Positions 47,969-57,848 of a DNA stretch of 64,000 nucleotides are shown piece by piece. The translations under genes were made by a program, and so were the position numbers. Source of the stretch: an uncultured Thiotrichaceae bacterium (GTDB lineage Bacteria; Pseudomonadota; Gammaproteobacteria; SZUA-229); NCBI GenBank assembly GCA_964600755.1, contig CAZRKQ010000236.1, positions 812-64,811 on the forward strand. The letters are read 5' to 3'. The stretch's first letter is position 1; each line of letters starts with the position of its first letter. The notes under the pieces are model-generated. The model saw nothing but the letters and a program-made list of their open reading frames with translations. It was not told where the DNA came from and ran no database searches.

Positions 47969-49948
47969 ATGGCGGAGATAATGGCTTTGTCGGCTAATCC
48001 ACTCACGCAAAAAATCACACCGGTACTGCTTGGTATTCATCTTGTAGCGCTGCCACTATATCCCCATATACCCTTAATGGTGTTGCTTGCCATTGCATTT
48101 TTTACTATATGGCTGTTGCTTATTATTAATGGACGGGTTTCACAACCCGGCCGTTTTATGATGTTTATACTAACGGTAATCGTTGTCGCGATATTAGTGC
48201 AATCATTCGGCACAATACTTGGCCAGCAACCTGGTTCTACCATGTTGCTGTTGCTCTCATTCCTGAAGTTATTCGAGATGAGGTCGACACGAGATATCGC
48301 GATAGTGATATTTATGGGCTACTTCCTGTTGGCGAGTAAATTCTTCTATTCACAGAGCCTGTTGATAGCGATTCATGTGTTTGTCGTTGTTGTGTATCTC
48401 ACATCTTTACTGATCGTGTTCAGCGATCGCCTGGGTTCAACGAATTTTAATACACGAATACATAAGTCTTTACGCATGATTGTTCAGGCAGTGCCTTTTA
48501 TGCTGATTCTTTTCGTATTGTTCCCACGCATACCAGGACCATTATGGGGATTGCCCACGGATGCACAATCAGCGGCAACAGGGATCTCTGATGAAATGTC
48601 GCCTGGCAGTATCAATCGACTGGTTAGTTCCGGTGAAGTGGCTTTTCGCGTGAAATTCAATGCTGACCCGCCACCGCGTCCAGCCCTCTACTGGCGCGGA
48701 CTTGTGCTATCGAATTACGATGGCAAAACATGGCGTTTGCAGAATGCGCCTTCTAAAGCACAGCCTTTCATTGTTGCCTCCGCCAGTAATGAATCTGAAT
48801 ATGGGTATACGCTGATGCTGGAGCCACATAATCAGCGCTGGCTGTTTGCTCTTGAGACCATGATTGAGTTCGAAGGTCTGTTTGCGCTCACGCGGGAAAT
48901 GCAACTGCTGTCGCGCAATAAGGTTACGGATGTAATGAGCTATACCTTGCGTTCAGACATCGGTGCGGAAATCAGAGGGCTGTTTGAAGCTGAGCGCAGA
49001 AAGAACCTGGCATTGCCGGATGGTCTGAACAGCGAGACCATGGAGTTTGCTAGAAACCTGTTCAATGAGTCGAACCGGGATGACAGCATATACATCAGCA
49101 AGGTATTGAAGCACTTTAATAATAATGAGTTCTTCTACACATTATCACCGCCATTGCTGGGAGAGAACGCGATGGATGATTTTCTGTTCAGTACACGCCG
49201 TGGTTTTTGTGAACACTACTCCAGCGCATTTGTGTACCTGATGCGCGCTGCAGGTATACCGTCACGTGTTGTAGTCGGATACCAGGGTGGTGCAATGCAT
49301 CCATTTGATGATTACATGATAGTGCGCCAGTCTGATGCACATGCATGGACAGAAGTTTGGCTTGAAGACGAAGGATGGGTGCGAGTTGACCCAACAGCGT
49401 CGGTGTCACCGACCAGGATAGAAAACGGTATTCAAAATGCAGGTCTTGAACGTGATCTGCTGCCATCAATATTAATTTCAGATAATGTAATATTTCAACG
49501 CGCACGTTTCATGTGGGACAGTGTTCATAATAGCTGGAACCAATGGGTTGTTGGTTATAATCAACAACGTCAAAAAGAGTTGTTCGAGCTGCTTGGGTAT
49601 AAAAATGTAAACAGTGGCGATCTTGTAATGTGGCTGGTTGTGTTGATGACGCTTGGCGGTGGTCTTGTTGCGTGGTGGGTGATTCGCAAGGAGCCCTCAA
49701 AACAAAAAGACATAATCAAGTTTTACTACGACAGGTTCTGTCACAAACTGGATAAAGCCGGTATACCTTATCATCCGCATGAAGGTGCCACGGAATTGAT
49801 GACGCGTGCAGCAAGGATCTTACCTGCTCAGCAACGGGAGCTCGCTGTAATAACAAGCGATTATGAAAGTTTGCGTTATGGCAGTGATGATAATGACCAA
49901 CGTGTCAAACGCTATATTCGTGCAGTCAGGCGCTTCAGGGTTAAGTGA
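47969..49948 (+). CDS. tgpA: TgpA-like transglutaminase (DUF3488 + TGase + DUF4129)
   Basis: Multi-TM N-terminus, LYWRG, GFCEHYSSAF (catalytic Cys), DAHAWTEVW, RVDPT. Confidence 0.88.
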   Translation: MAEIMALSANPLTQKITPVLLGIHLVALPLYPHIPLMVLLAIAFFTIWLLLIINGRVSQPGRFMMFILTVIVVAILVQSFGTILGQQPGSTMLLLLSFLKLFEMRSTRDIAIVIFMGYFLLASKFFYSQSLLIAIHVFVVVVYLTSLLIVFSDRLGSTNFNTRIHKSLRMIVQAVPFMLILFVLFPRIPGPLWGLPTDAQSAATGISDEMSPGSINRLVSSGEVAFRVKFNADPPPRPALYWRGLVLSNYDGKTWRLQNAPSKAQPFIVASASNESEYGYTLMLEPHNQRWLFALETMIEFEGLFALTREMQLLSRNKVTDVMSYTLRSDIGAEIRGLFEAERRKNLALPDGLNSETMEFARNLFNESNRDDSIYISKVLKHFNNNEFFYTLSPPLLGENAMDDFLFSTRRGFCEHYSSAFVYLMRAAGIPSRVVVGYQGGAMHPFDDYMIVRQSDAHAWTEVWLEDEGWVRVDPTASVSPTRIENGIQNAGLERDLLPSILISDNVIFQRARFMWDSVHNSWNQWVVGYNQQRQKELFELLGYKNVNSGDLVMWLVVLMTLGGGLVAWWVIRKEPSKQKDIIKFYYDRFCHKLDKAGIPYHPHEGATELMTRAARILPAQQRELAVITSDYESLRYGSDDNDQRVKRYIRAVRRFRVK

Positions 49949-50636
49949 TGTTGTTGGCCTTGTGTTTAAACATATAAGCGAAGTCACGTGAAAACACATC
50001 TGTGTTTTTAAACAGTTTTTTTAGTATGCCTTTTTTTGACTCAGGGAAAATGGTATAGGAGTCGAGGGAGCAGCCTGCCCTGCGCGCAATTTCCAATGCC
50101 ATCGTGGGCGTGAACCATGCGATATGGTCAGCATTAACGAATGCCTTGTTCTTTAGGTATTTCTTTATATGGTCGATGTAATATGGATTTGGGGTTTTAG
50201 CGATGACCCTTCCTCCCTCATTCAGATGCCTTATTGCAAATCGAACCAGGTTGATCGGATTTTCAACATGCTCGATGACATCGCCGATTATGACAACATC
50301 GAATTTTTCACCAAGAAAAGTATCGGAGGTTGCATCGCATACCCTGACATCAAATCCTCGTTGTTTGATCACTTCAACGTATTCATCAAGTATATCGATG
50401 CCGACGGTATGGCTAGCCGCCTGCGATACCAGTTTATGTTTCCATGTCGGCAACTCGGTAAAGGACAGATCATGTTCAATTGCGCCTATATCCAGGCAGC
50501 TTTTATCCACAACCTGCTGAAGTAGCCAGTCGATATATTGTGAGGTTTCGACCTCTCGCAGAGAAAGCAGGTAGGCAAGCATTTGCTTCTGCATTTCACC
50601 ATTCGTTGGGTCTGTTGTCTGGGTTGTCCAGTCCAT
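49941..50636 (-). CDS. class I SAM-dependent methyltransferase
   Basis: CLDIGA motif I, GIDI, FDVVIIGDVIEHVENP, TPNP, NADHIAWF. Confidence 0.8.
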   Translation of the reverse strand: MDWTTQTTDPTNGEMQKQMLAYLLSLREVETSQYIDWLLQQVVDKSCLDIGAIEHDLSFTELPTWKHKLVSQAASHTVGIDILDEYVEVIKQRGFDVRVCDATSDTFLGEKFDVVIIGDVIEHVENPINLVRFAIRHLNEGGRVIAKTPNPYYIDHIKKYLKNKAFVNADHIAWFTPTMALEIARRAGCSLDSYTIFPESKKGILKKLFKNTDVFSRDFAYMFKHKANNIT

Positions 50637-50660
50637 AAAAAATCTGATTGGTATGCGCGG

Positions 50661-51812
50661 TTACATGCAGTGTCGTTTGATGAGCTTGCGAACGAGTTTA
50701 ATATATTTGTCCATCATAATGGTGTCGATGTACTCATCGGGCTGATGAGCCTGCTGGATATTGCCTGGGCCCAGGACAACCGTTTCTACCCCAATAGCAT
50801 TCAGGTAGGGTGCTTCGGTTGCGTAGGCGGCCGATACTGCAGTGTTACCAGTGAGCTCCTCTGTGGTTTTGACAATAGCGGAGCTTGCTGCTGTTTCCAT
50901 TGCAGCAACGCCGTCGAACAACGCAATGGTTTCATAACTGATCCCGGTGTCTCGAAGCGATGTGTACAGGCGATGTTCAAGTTCACCTCTCAGGTCTGAT
51001 AACTGCATTCCCGGTAAGGGGCGAATATCGATTTGCAGTTCGCAGTGGCCGCAAATTCTGTTCGGGTTATCACCGCCATGTATGTGGCCGAGGTTCATTG
51101 TTGGTACCGGTATTTCGAATAGCGGATTTTTATTTGTGTTTTGCAGCTCCTCGCGCCATTTCATCAGTTCGGTCATGACCATGTGCATGGCTTCAAGTGC
51201 GCTGTTCCCCAGGGCGGGGTTACTTGAGTGTCCGGACAAACCTGTAAGCTTGATGGCTTCCATCATCATGCCTTTGTGCATACGCACCGGTTTTAAACCT
51301 GTAGGCTCACCAATAAGTGCAAAACGCGCGCCTGACAAATGGCTGGCGCTGACTGCCTTGGCACCGCTCATGCTGGTTTCTTCATCAGCCGTGGCCAGAA
51401 TGATCAATGGCTGCTGCAGGCTGGACAGGTCAAGATCACGTATGGCTTCTATGATCAGCGCAAAAAAGGATTTCATGTCGGCCGTGCCGAGCCCGTAAAG
51501 CCGATTATCTGCCTCGGTAAGCTTGAAGGGATCGTAGTTCCAGCAGTTTTCATCGAAGGGCACTGTATCAGTGTGGCCTGCCAGTACCAGCCCGTTGCTG
51601 CCTTTACCGATGGTGGCGATCAGGTTGGCCTTGCTGCCATCACTATTAAGCGGCTGTATCTCCGCAGTAAAGCCCAGGTCTTCCAGCCAGTTGGCCAATG
51701 TATTGATGACATTGCGGTTGCCCTGGTCAAGCTCGGGTTTGGTGCAGCTGATTGAAGGCAGTGCAATCAGTTGTTGCAATAAGCCGGTAAGTTGCGGTGC
51801 TTTAGCAGTCAT
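50661..51812 (-). CDS. argE: acetylornithine deacetylase
   Basis: GHTDTVP, GLGTADMK, ADEETSM, IGEPT, GHSS, GGDNPN, GPGNIQQAHQPDE. Confidence 0.93.
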   Translation of the reverse strand: MTAKAPQLTGLLQQLIALPSISCTKPELDQGNRNVINTLANWLEDLGFTAEIQPLNSDGSKANLIATIGKGSNGLVLAGHTDTVPFDENCWNYDPFKLTEADNRLYGLGTADMKSFFALIIEAIRDLDLSSLQQPLIILATADEETSMSGAKAVSASHLSGARFALIGEPTGLKPVRMHKGMMMEAIKLTGLSGHSSNPALGNSALEAMHMVMTELMKWREELQNTNKNPLFEIPVPTMNLGHIHGGDNPNRICGHCELQIDIRPLPGMQLSDLRGELEHRLYTSLRDTGISYETIALFDGVAAMETAASSAIVKTTEELTGNTAVSAAYATEAPYLNAIGVETVVLGPGNIQQAHQPDEYIDTIMMDKYIKLVRKLIKRHCM

Positions 51813-51954
51813 TCAGGCAGTTATACACTGCTGATGGTATTAGGCAAGCGGTTTAATCGGACAGTAACTTTCGTCTACTTTGACCGATATCAGTTACAAT
51901 CACACGTAATCAATACATGCTGTGTATTTAAACAATAACAACTAAAGCCATTCG

Positions 51955-54864
51955 ATGAGTTCTACGCCTGAGCAGTTGCTGTCCCAAGTACCAGAGTCCC
52001 TGCAACCGACTGTATCCAACTACTGGCTTGACTGGTCTGTCGCCTGCGACAAAGCCGGGATCAGTCCACAAACTGAATTGTCGGTAGTAGGGAAAATCTG
52101 GGCCTGCAGCGAGTTTGTTGCTCGATTATGCATCCGCAGGCCCGCTATGGTCGATGAGCTTGCCAGGGAAGGTATTGAACAAGACCGTTCAGCCGACAAC
52201 TATCAGCAGCTCGTGGCAGATGCCATTGCCAATGCCGAGCCGACCGAGGAAGGTCTGATGCGTGCGCTGCGTTTGTTGAGACAAAAGGAAATGGTGCGTA
52301 TAGCCTGGCGTGATCTGGCCGGTCATGCCGAGGTGGAACAGGTGCTGCATGAACTCAGCGATTTTGCCGAGGCTGTAATAAGCCTGACACTCGATCATCT
52401 CTATCAGCAAACAACCGAGTCCCTGGGTATACCGAAAAATGCCAGGGGCGAAGCTCAGCAAATGCTGGTGCTGGAAATGGGCAAGCTCGGTGGCCGCGAA
52501 CTGAATTTTTCATCAGATATCGACCTGATTTTTGCCTATGCAGAAGAAGGCAGCACTGTAGGCGGTCGACAATTGTCCAACCATGAGTTTTTTGCGCGCC
52601 TGGGCAGAAAGCTGGTCAGGGTGCTGGATGAAATAACACAGGATGGCTTTGTTTTTCGTGTCGATACACGTTTGCGACCTAATGGCGAAAGTGGTCCGCT
52701 GGCGATGAATTTCAATGCCATGGAGCAGTACTATCAATTGCAGGGCCGTGACTGGGAACGTTACGCAATGATCAAGGCAAAGATCATCGGTGGCGATGAA
52801 GCTGACAGAAAACAACTGGCATCGATGCTGCGGCCTTTCATCTACCGCCGCTATCTCGATTTCGGTGCCTTTGAATCCATACGCGAAATGAAGGGTATGA
52901 TCGAGGCCGAGATGCGTCGCAAGGGCATGAAAAACAATGTCAAGCTGGGCAGTGGCGGAATCCGGGAAATCGAATTCATCGGCCAGACTTTCCAGCTGAT
53001 TCGCGGCGGCCCCATGCCTGAACTGCAGGTGAGGAGTATCTTGCAGGTGCTGTCGCTACTGGCAGAATTCGGCTACCTCGAGCAGGATGAAGCGAACAAG
53101 CTGAGGGCGAGCTATTTATTTCTGCGCAGGCTGGAAAACCGCCTGCAAATGGAGCGCGACCAGCAGACCCATATACTGCCTGTTGACGAGCTGTCCAGAG
53201 AACGCATTCGACTGGCGATGGGATTTGATGACTGGGACGCTTTAATGCAGGCGCTGGATCTGCATCGCCAGGCGGTTTCACAGGTGTTCGACTCGGTGAT
53301 CTCTTCCGAGGATCAGCCTGAAGCAGACAGCCTGCATTCATTACAGCTGTTCTGGACCGATACTGACAACAGTGAAGGCCTGGGCCACTGGCTCGACCAG
53401 GCCGGCTGTGACAACGTCGAGGGTGTTATCGAGGTACTTGCCCGCTTCAGGAGCTCGGCCAGGATACGCACCCTCGCTGAAGACGGTACCCGGCGCTTGC
53501 AGCAACTGCTGCTGAAGCTGCTGCAGCGCATTGCAGCTTATGATAATTCGCTGCTGCTTTTGAGCCGGGTGCTTGAAATTCTCAGCGCTATCGTCGGGCG
53601 CCCTGTTTACATCAGTCTGCTGCTTGAGTATCCCAGTGCCCAGCAACAGATGCTTGAATTATGTGCTGCCAGCCAGTGGTTTACCAATGAGCTGGCACGT
53701 TACCCGCTGCTGCTCGATGAATTGCTCGATCCCCAGGAGCTGTTCAGACAGAATGATCGTGAACAGCTGACGACAGAACTGGAACGTCTGATGGCACAGG
53801 TTGATGAAGATGACCTGGAACAGCAAATGGAACGCTTGCGCCAGTTCAGGCGCACGGAGATATTCAAGCTGGCAGCAACGGATGTCATTCATGTGCACGA
53901 GATATGGGATGTCGGTGCCAAGCTGAGCACGATTGCCGATGTGGTGCTGGAGAAAGTATTGCAGCTGTCATGGAATGCCATGTGCAAACGCCATGGCATA
54001 CCGGTATGCAGCATTGGCGGCACGGAATATCATCCGGGGATGGCGATCGTCGCCTATGGCAAGCTGGGCGGCCTGGAAATGGGCTATGGCTCGGACCTGG
54101 ATATCGTTTTTCTTCACGACAGTTCGGGTGAAAAGCAGTACACCAACGGCGAAAAAAGCATCGACAATACCCAGTTTTTCAGCCGCGTGGCGCAGAAGGT
54201 GCTCCATATCCTGGGGACGCGCACCCACTCAGGCATGCTCTACGAGGCGGATACCCGGCTGCGGCCGGACGGGCGTGCCGGCTTGATGGTAAGCAGTGTC
54301 AATGCATTTGAGGATTACCAGAACAACAAGGCCTGGACCTGGGAACACCAGGCGCTGTTGCGCACACGGACCATCACCGGAAGCGAGCCAGTCAGGCAGG
54401 AGTTTGATAGAATCCGTCAGTCTGTACTTGCGGTACCGCAGGATCCGGTAAAAATTTGCAGCGATGTGGTCGAAATGCGTGAAAAAATGCGCTCGCACCT
54501 GGCCAGTCGTGATGAAGCGAGTATCAACTTCAAGCAGGATCCGGGTGGCATGGTCGATATCGAGTTCACCACTCAGGCAGGTGTGCTACTGAACGCCGCC
54601 GGGCATGCCGAGGTGCTGAGCGTGAGTTCAACCCTGGAGTTTATCGAGTACCTGGCATCTGTAGGTTGGTACAGCAGCGATGAAGCGGATGATCTTGCGA
54701 CAGCTTACAAGCTGTTCCGGCAACAGACTAACAAGCAGGCGCTGGAAGTAGAGTTGCCCGCGAATATTAAGCAAACGCTGCAGCCGCATCTCGACAGAGT
54801 GGCAGAAATCTGGCACCGGCTGGTTGTGGCAAAAACAGCATCTGCTCCAGACAGTCCATCCTGA
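51955..54864 (+). CDS. glnE: bifunctional glutamine synthetase adenylyltransferase/adenylyl-removing enzyme
   Basis: Two nucleotidyltransferase halves: MGKLGGRELNFSSDIDL and YGKLGGLEMGYGSDLD; NVKLGSGGIREIEF; KQDPGGMVDIEF. Confidence 0.96.
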   Translation: MSSTPEQLLSQVPESLQPTVSNYWLDWSVACDKAGISPQTELSVVGKIWACSEFVARLCIRRPAMVDELAREGIEQDRSADNYQQLVADAIANAEPTEEGLMRALRLLRQKEMVRIAWRDLAGHAEVEQVLHELSDFAEAVISLTLDHLYQQTTESLGIPKNARGEAQQMLVLEMGKLGGRELNFSSDIDLIFAYAEEGSTVGGRQLSNHEFFARLGRKLVRVLDEITQDGFVFRVDTRLRPNGESGPLAMNFNAMEQYYQLQGRDWERYAMIKAKIIGGDEADRKQLASMLRPFIYRRYLDFGAFESIREMKGMIEAEMRRKGMKNNVKLGSGGIREIEFIGQTFQLIRGGPMPELQVRSILQVLSLLAEFGYLEQDEANKLRASYLFLRRLENRLQMERDQQTHILPVDELSRERIRLAMGFDDWDALMQALDLHRQAVSQVFDSVISSEDQPEADSLHSLQLFWTDTDNSEGLGHWLDQAGCDNVEGVIEVLARFRSSARIRTLAEDGTRRLQQLLLKLLQRIAAYDNSLLLLSRVLEILSAIVGRPVYISLLLEYPSAQQQMLELCAASQWFTNELARYPLLLDELLDPQELFRQNDREQLTTELERLMAQVDEDDLEQQMERLRQFRRTEIFKLAATDVIHVHEIWDVGAKLSTIADVVLEKVLQLSWNAMCKRHGIPVCSIGGTEYHPGMAIVAYGKLGGLEMGYGSDLDIVFLHDSSGEKQYTNGEKSIDNTQFFSRVAQKVLHILGTRTHSGMLYEADTRLRPDGRAGLMVSSVNAFEDYQNNKAWTWEHQALLRTRTITGSEPVRQEFDRIRQSVLAVPQDPVKICSDVVEMREKMRSHLASRDEASINFKQDPGGMVDIEFTTQAGVLLNAAGHAEVLSVSSTLEFIEYLASVGWYSSDEADDLATAYKLFRQQTNKQALEVELPANIKQTLQPHLDRVAEIWHRLVVAKTASAPDSPS

Positions 54865-54891
54865 GCTTGTCGAAGGAAGCTTGTCGAAGGA
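54859..54891. repeat. REP-like CCTGAGCTTGTCGAAGG element with a 14-bp tandem duplication
   Basis: AGCTTGTCGAAGGA occurs exactly twice (54864-54877, 54878-54891) and overlaps the glnE stop codon. Confidence 0.65.
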
Positions 54892-54987
54892 CGCAGAAAG
54901 TTTTTAATTTTATTTATGTGTTACTCATGTACGGCTTGTCATTTTGGTATGGCGCCATGAGCGACACACCGTTTATTGGAGATACAT

Positions 54988-55917
54988 ATGCAAACCATGG
55001 CCGACCATGACGGCGTAATCTGGTTTGATGGTGAAATGGTACCGTGGCGCGAAGCCCAGGTTCATGTTCTTACGCACACGCTTCATTATGGCATGGGCGT
55101 GTTCGAAGGCGTGCGTGCCTATAAGACCGGGCAGGGTACAGCAATCTTTCGTCTGCAGGCACACACCGACCGTTTGTTCGATTCGGCTCATATCATGATG
55201 ATGAATATGCCGTTCGATAAAGACACCATTAACCAGGCGCAGCGTGCAGCGGTTCGTGAGAACAAGCTGGAAACCGCCTATATCAGGCCCATGTGTTTTT
55301 ATGGCTCAGAAGGTATGGGCCTGCGCGCAGACAATCTCAAGGTTCATGTGATCGTTGCCGCCTGGGAATGGGGTGCCTACCTTGGCCAGGAAAACCTGGA
55401 GCGCGGCATACGTATCAAAACATCCAGTTTTACCCGTCATCACGTCAATATCAGCATGTGCAAAGCCAAGGCGAACGGGCACTATATCAATTCCATGCTG
55501 GCGCTGAATGAAGCCTTAACTGATGGTTATGATGAAGCCATGCTGCTCGATGTGGAAGGTTATGTTGCGGAAGGCAGTGGCGAAAATATTTTTGTTGTCC
55601 GCGATAACATCATCTATACACCTGATCTGACATCAGCCTTGAACGGCATCACACGCAACACCATTTTTGCGCTGGCAAATGAAGTTGGTTACGAGATGCG
55701 TGAAAAACGCATCACGCGTGATGAAGTTTATGTTGCCGATGAAGTTTTCTTTACCGGCACCGCTGCAGAAGTTACGCCGGTTCGAGAGGTCGATAACCGC
55801 AAGATCGGTAATGGTGGTCGTGGCCCGGTCACGGAAAAACTGCAAACAATGTATTTTGACCTGGTGCACGGTCGTCTGGATAAGCATCCGGAATGGCTGA
55901 CGCTGGTTAATGACTAA
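54988..55917 (+). CDS. ilvE: branched-chain amino acid aminotransferase
   Basis: HTLHYGMGVFEG, YIRP, KAKANGHY, EGSGEN, GITR, TGTAAEVTP; GGAG RBS. Confidence 0.96.
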   Translation: MQTMADHDGVIWFDGEMVPWREAQVHVLTHTLHYGMGVFEGVRAYKTGQGTAIFRLQAHTDRLFDSAHIMMMNMPFDKDTINQAQRAAVRENKLETAYIRPMCFYGSEGMGLRADNLKVHVIVAAWEWGAYLGQENLERGIRIKTSSFTRHHVNISMCKAKANGHYINSMLALNEALTDGYDEAMLLDVEGYVAEGSGENIFVVRDNIIYTPDLTSALNGITRNTIFALANEVGYEMREKRITRDEVYVADEVFFTGTAAEVTPVREVDNRKIGNGGRGPVTEKLQTMYFDLVHGRLDKHPEWLTLVND

Positions 55918-55937
55918 CACGTATCAGGGGAATCATA

Positions 55938-56147
55938 ATGCCTAATCCGCATACTGCAACACAACAGGGGCTGGATACACCCAACAAGCAATCACGCTAT
56001 GAAGTTACACGCGATGATTTGCCTGTGCACTGTCCCATGCCTGGTACCAGCCTGTGGGATTCACACCCGCAGGTTTATATACCTGTTGAAGATCACGGTT
56101 CGGCGAAATGCCCTTACTGCGGCGCTGAATACGTGCTCAAGGATTAA
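55938..56147 (+). CDS. zinc-finger CHCC-type small protein
   Basis: HCP...WDSHPQVY...KCPYCG. Confidence 0.88.
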   Translation: MPNPHTATQQGLDTPNKQSRYEVTRDDLPVHCPMPGTSLWDSHPQVYIPVEDHGSAKCPYCGAEYVLKD

Positions 56148-56158
56148 ATATTTTAATG

Positions 56159-56350
56159 ATCCACAGATGAACGCAGATAAACGCAGATACTACGTTAATG
56201 TTCATAACTACAGCATTGCCTCATAGATTGAGCAATGAGAGACGTCCAAGGTTAAAGAAGATGTCATGCCATCAATTTCGTTTCAGGGTATACAAATGAA
56301 CCGCGCATTAATTAATACATTATCCGTGTTCATCTGCGTTCATCTGTGGA
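56159..56350. repeat. palindromic MITE-like element (CCACAGATGAACGCAGAT family)
   Basis: 56159-56188 and 56322-56350 are near-perfect inverted repeats with 9-nt internal periodicity. Confidence 0.85.
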
Positions 56351-56405
56351 CATTTGTTTTTATATGTTCAGGTAGAGCACAGCCTCTGCTACGGGGCTGA
56401 TTTCC

Positions 56406-57833
56406 ATGCACATAACTATTCCGGAATTCTCTAAAGCCCGTGTGCTGGTTGTCGGCGATTTGATGCTGGATCGTTACTGGCATGGCCCGACATCGCGTAT
56501 TTCCCCTGAAGCGCCGGTACCGGTAGTGCATGTGCATGATATTGAAGAACGCCCCGGTGGTGCCGGCAACGTTGCGCTGAATATCGCCAAACTGGGCGCG
56601 CAATCGACTGTGCTGGGTTTGACCGGTGATGATGATGCGGCCAACGCGCTGGAAAAAAACCTGCAGGCTGCGGGTGTCAAAACCTGTTTTGTCCGCCTCG
56701 ACGAAAACGCGACAGTCACCAAGCTGCGTGTTATCAGCCGCCACCAGCAGTTAATCAGGCTGGATTTTGAAGATGGTTTTATCGGCCAGGACATCTCCGG
56801 CCAGGAAACCGAGTTTGCCAGATTACTCGATCAACACGATGTTGTAGTCTGTTCCGATTATGGCAAGGGCTCGCTGCGTGACGTGCAATCACTGATCGCC
56901 CTGTGCAGGGAGAAAAATATCCCGGTACTGATTGATCCCAAGGGAACTGATTTTGACAGGTATTCCGGTGCCAGCCTGGTAACGCCAAACCTGCCGGAGT
57001 TCGAAGCAATAGCAGGGGCGTGTGAGAATGAAGACGAGCTGGTTGAGAAGGGGCAGCAGCTGTGTGTGCAATGCAATTTTGATGCATTGCTGATAACACG
57101 CAGTGAATATGGCATGACATTAATACAGGGCGATGGTGAAGTGTTTCATCTGCCCACGCGTGCTCGTGAAGTCTACGATGTCACCGGTGCCGGTGATACC
57201 GTTATTTCCACGCTGGCTGCTGCGCTTGCGGCGGGTGATGACATGCATAACGCAATTGCACTGGCTAACCTGGCAGCAGGTATTGTTGTAGGCAAGCTGG
57301 GTACCGCCAGCGTCTCACCGGAAGAGCTGTACCAGGAAGTTCACAAGCACATTGCGGTCAAACGCGGTGTCGTTAGCAAGGAAGAGTTGATAACGGCAAC
57401 CAACCAGTGTCGTCAACGCGGCGAGGTCGTTGTCATGACCAATGGATGTTTCGATATCCTGCATGCTGGGCATGTGACCTATTTACAGCAAGCACGGGAG
57501 CAGGGTGATCGTTTAATTGTTGCAGTAAATATCGATGAGACAGTGCGTAATCTAAAAGGCGAAGACCGGCCGGTTAATCCACTGGAGCATCGTATGCGCA
57601 TGCTGGCCGCACTCGAATGTGTTGACTGGGTGCTGCCATTTGAAGAAGAAACACCAAAACGGCTGATTTGCGAAGTGCTGCCGGACATCCTGGTTAAAGG
57701 CGGTGATAATGATCCGGACAAGATACCCGGCGGAGATTGCGTTCGAGAAAATGGTGGTGAGGTACGTGTACTTTCCTATGTTGAAGGTGTATCTACAACT
57801 GAAATAATTGGCACCATACGCGGGAAATCATAG
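56406..57833 (+). CDS. hldE: bifunctional heptose 7-phosphate kinase / heptose 1-phosphate adenylyltransferase
   Basis: [49 protein letters not shown]. Confidence 0.96.
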   Translation: MHITIPEFSKARVLVVGDLMLDRYWHGPTSRISPEAPVPVVHVHDIEERPGGAGNVALNIAKLGAQSTVLGLTGDDDAANALEKNLQAAGVKTCFVRLDENATVTKLRVISRHQQLIRLDFEDGFIGQDISGQETEFARLLDQHDVVVCSDYGKGSLRDVQSLIALCREKNIPVLIDPKGTDFDRYSGASLVTPNLPEFEAIAGACENEDELVEKGQQLCVQCNFDALLITRSEYGMTLIQGDGEVFHLPTRAREVYDVTGAGDTVISTLAAALAAGDDMHNAIALANLAAGIVVGKLGTASVSPEELYQEVHKHIAVKRGVVSKEELITATNQCRQRGEVVVMTNGCFDILHAGHVTYLQQAREQGDRLIVAVNIDETVRNLKGEDRPVNPLEHRMRMLAALECVDWVLPFEEETPKRLICEVLPDILVKGGDNDPDKIPGGDCVRENGGEVRVLSYVEGVSTTEIIGTIRGKS

Positions 57834-57848
57834 GAGCTGGCCATCGCC

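Noticed and set aside
45910-49948. moxR-DUF58-transglutaminase as a novel system
   Set aside because: A widespread, already described gene trio with no unusual features here
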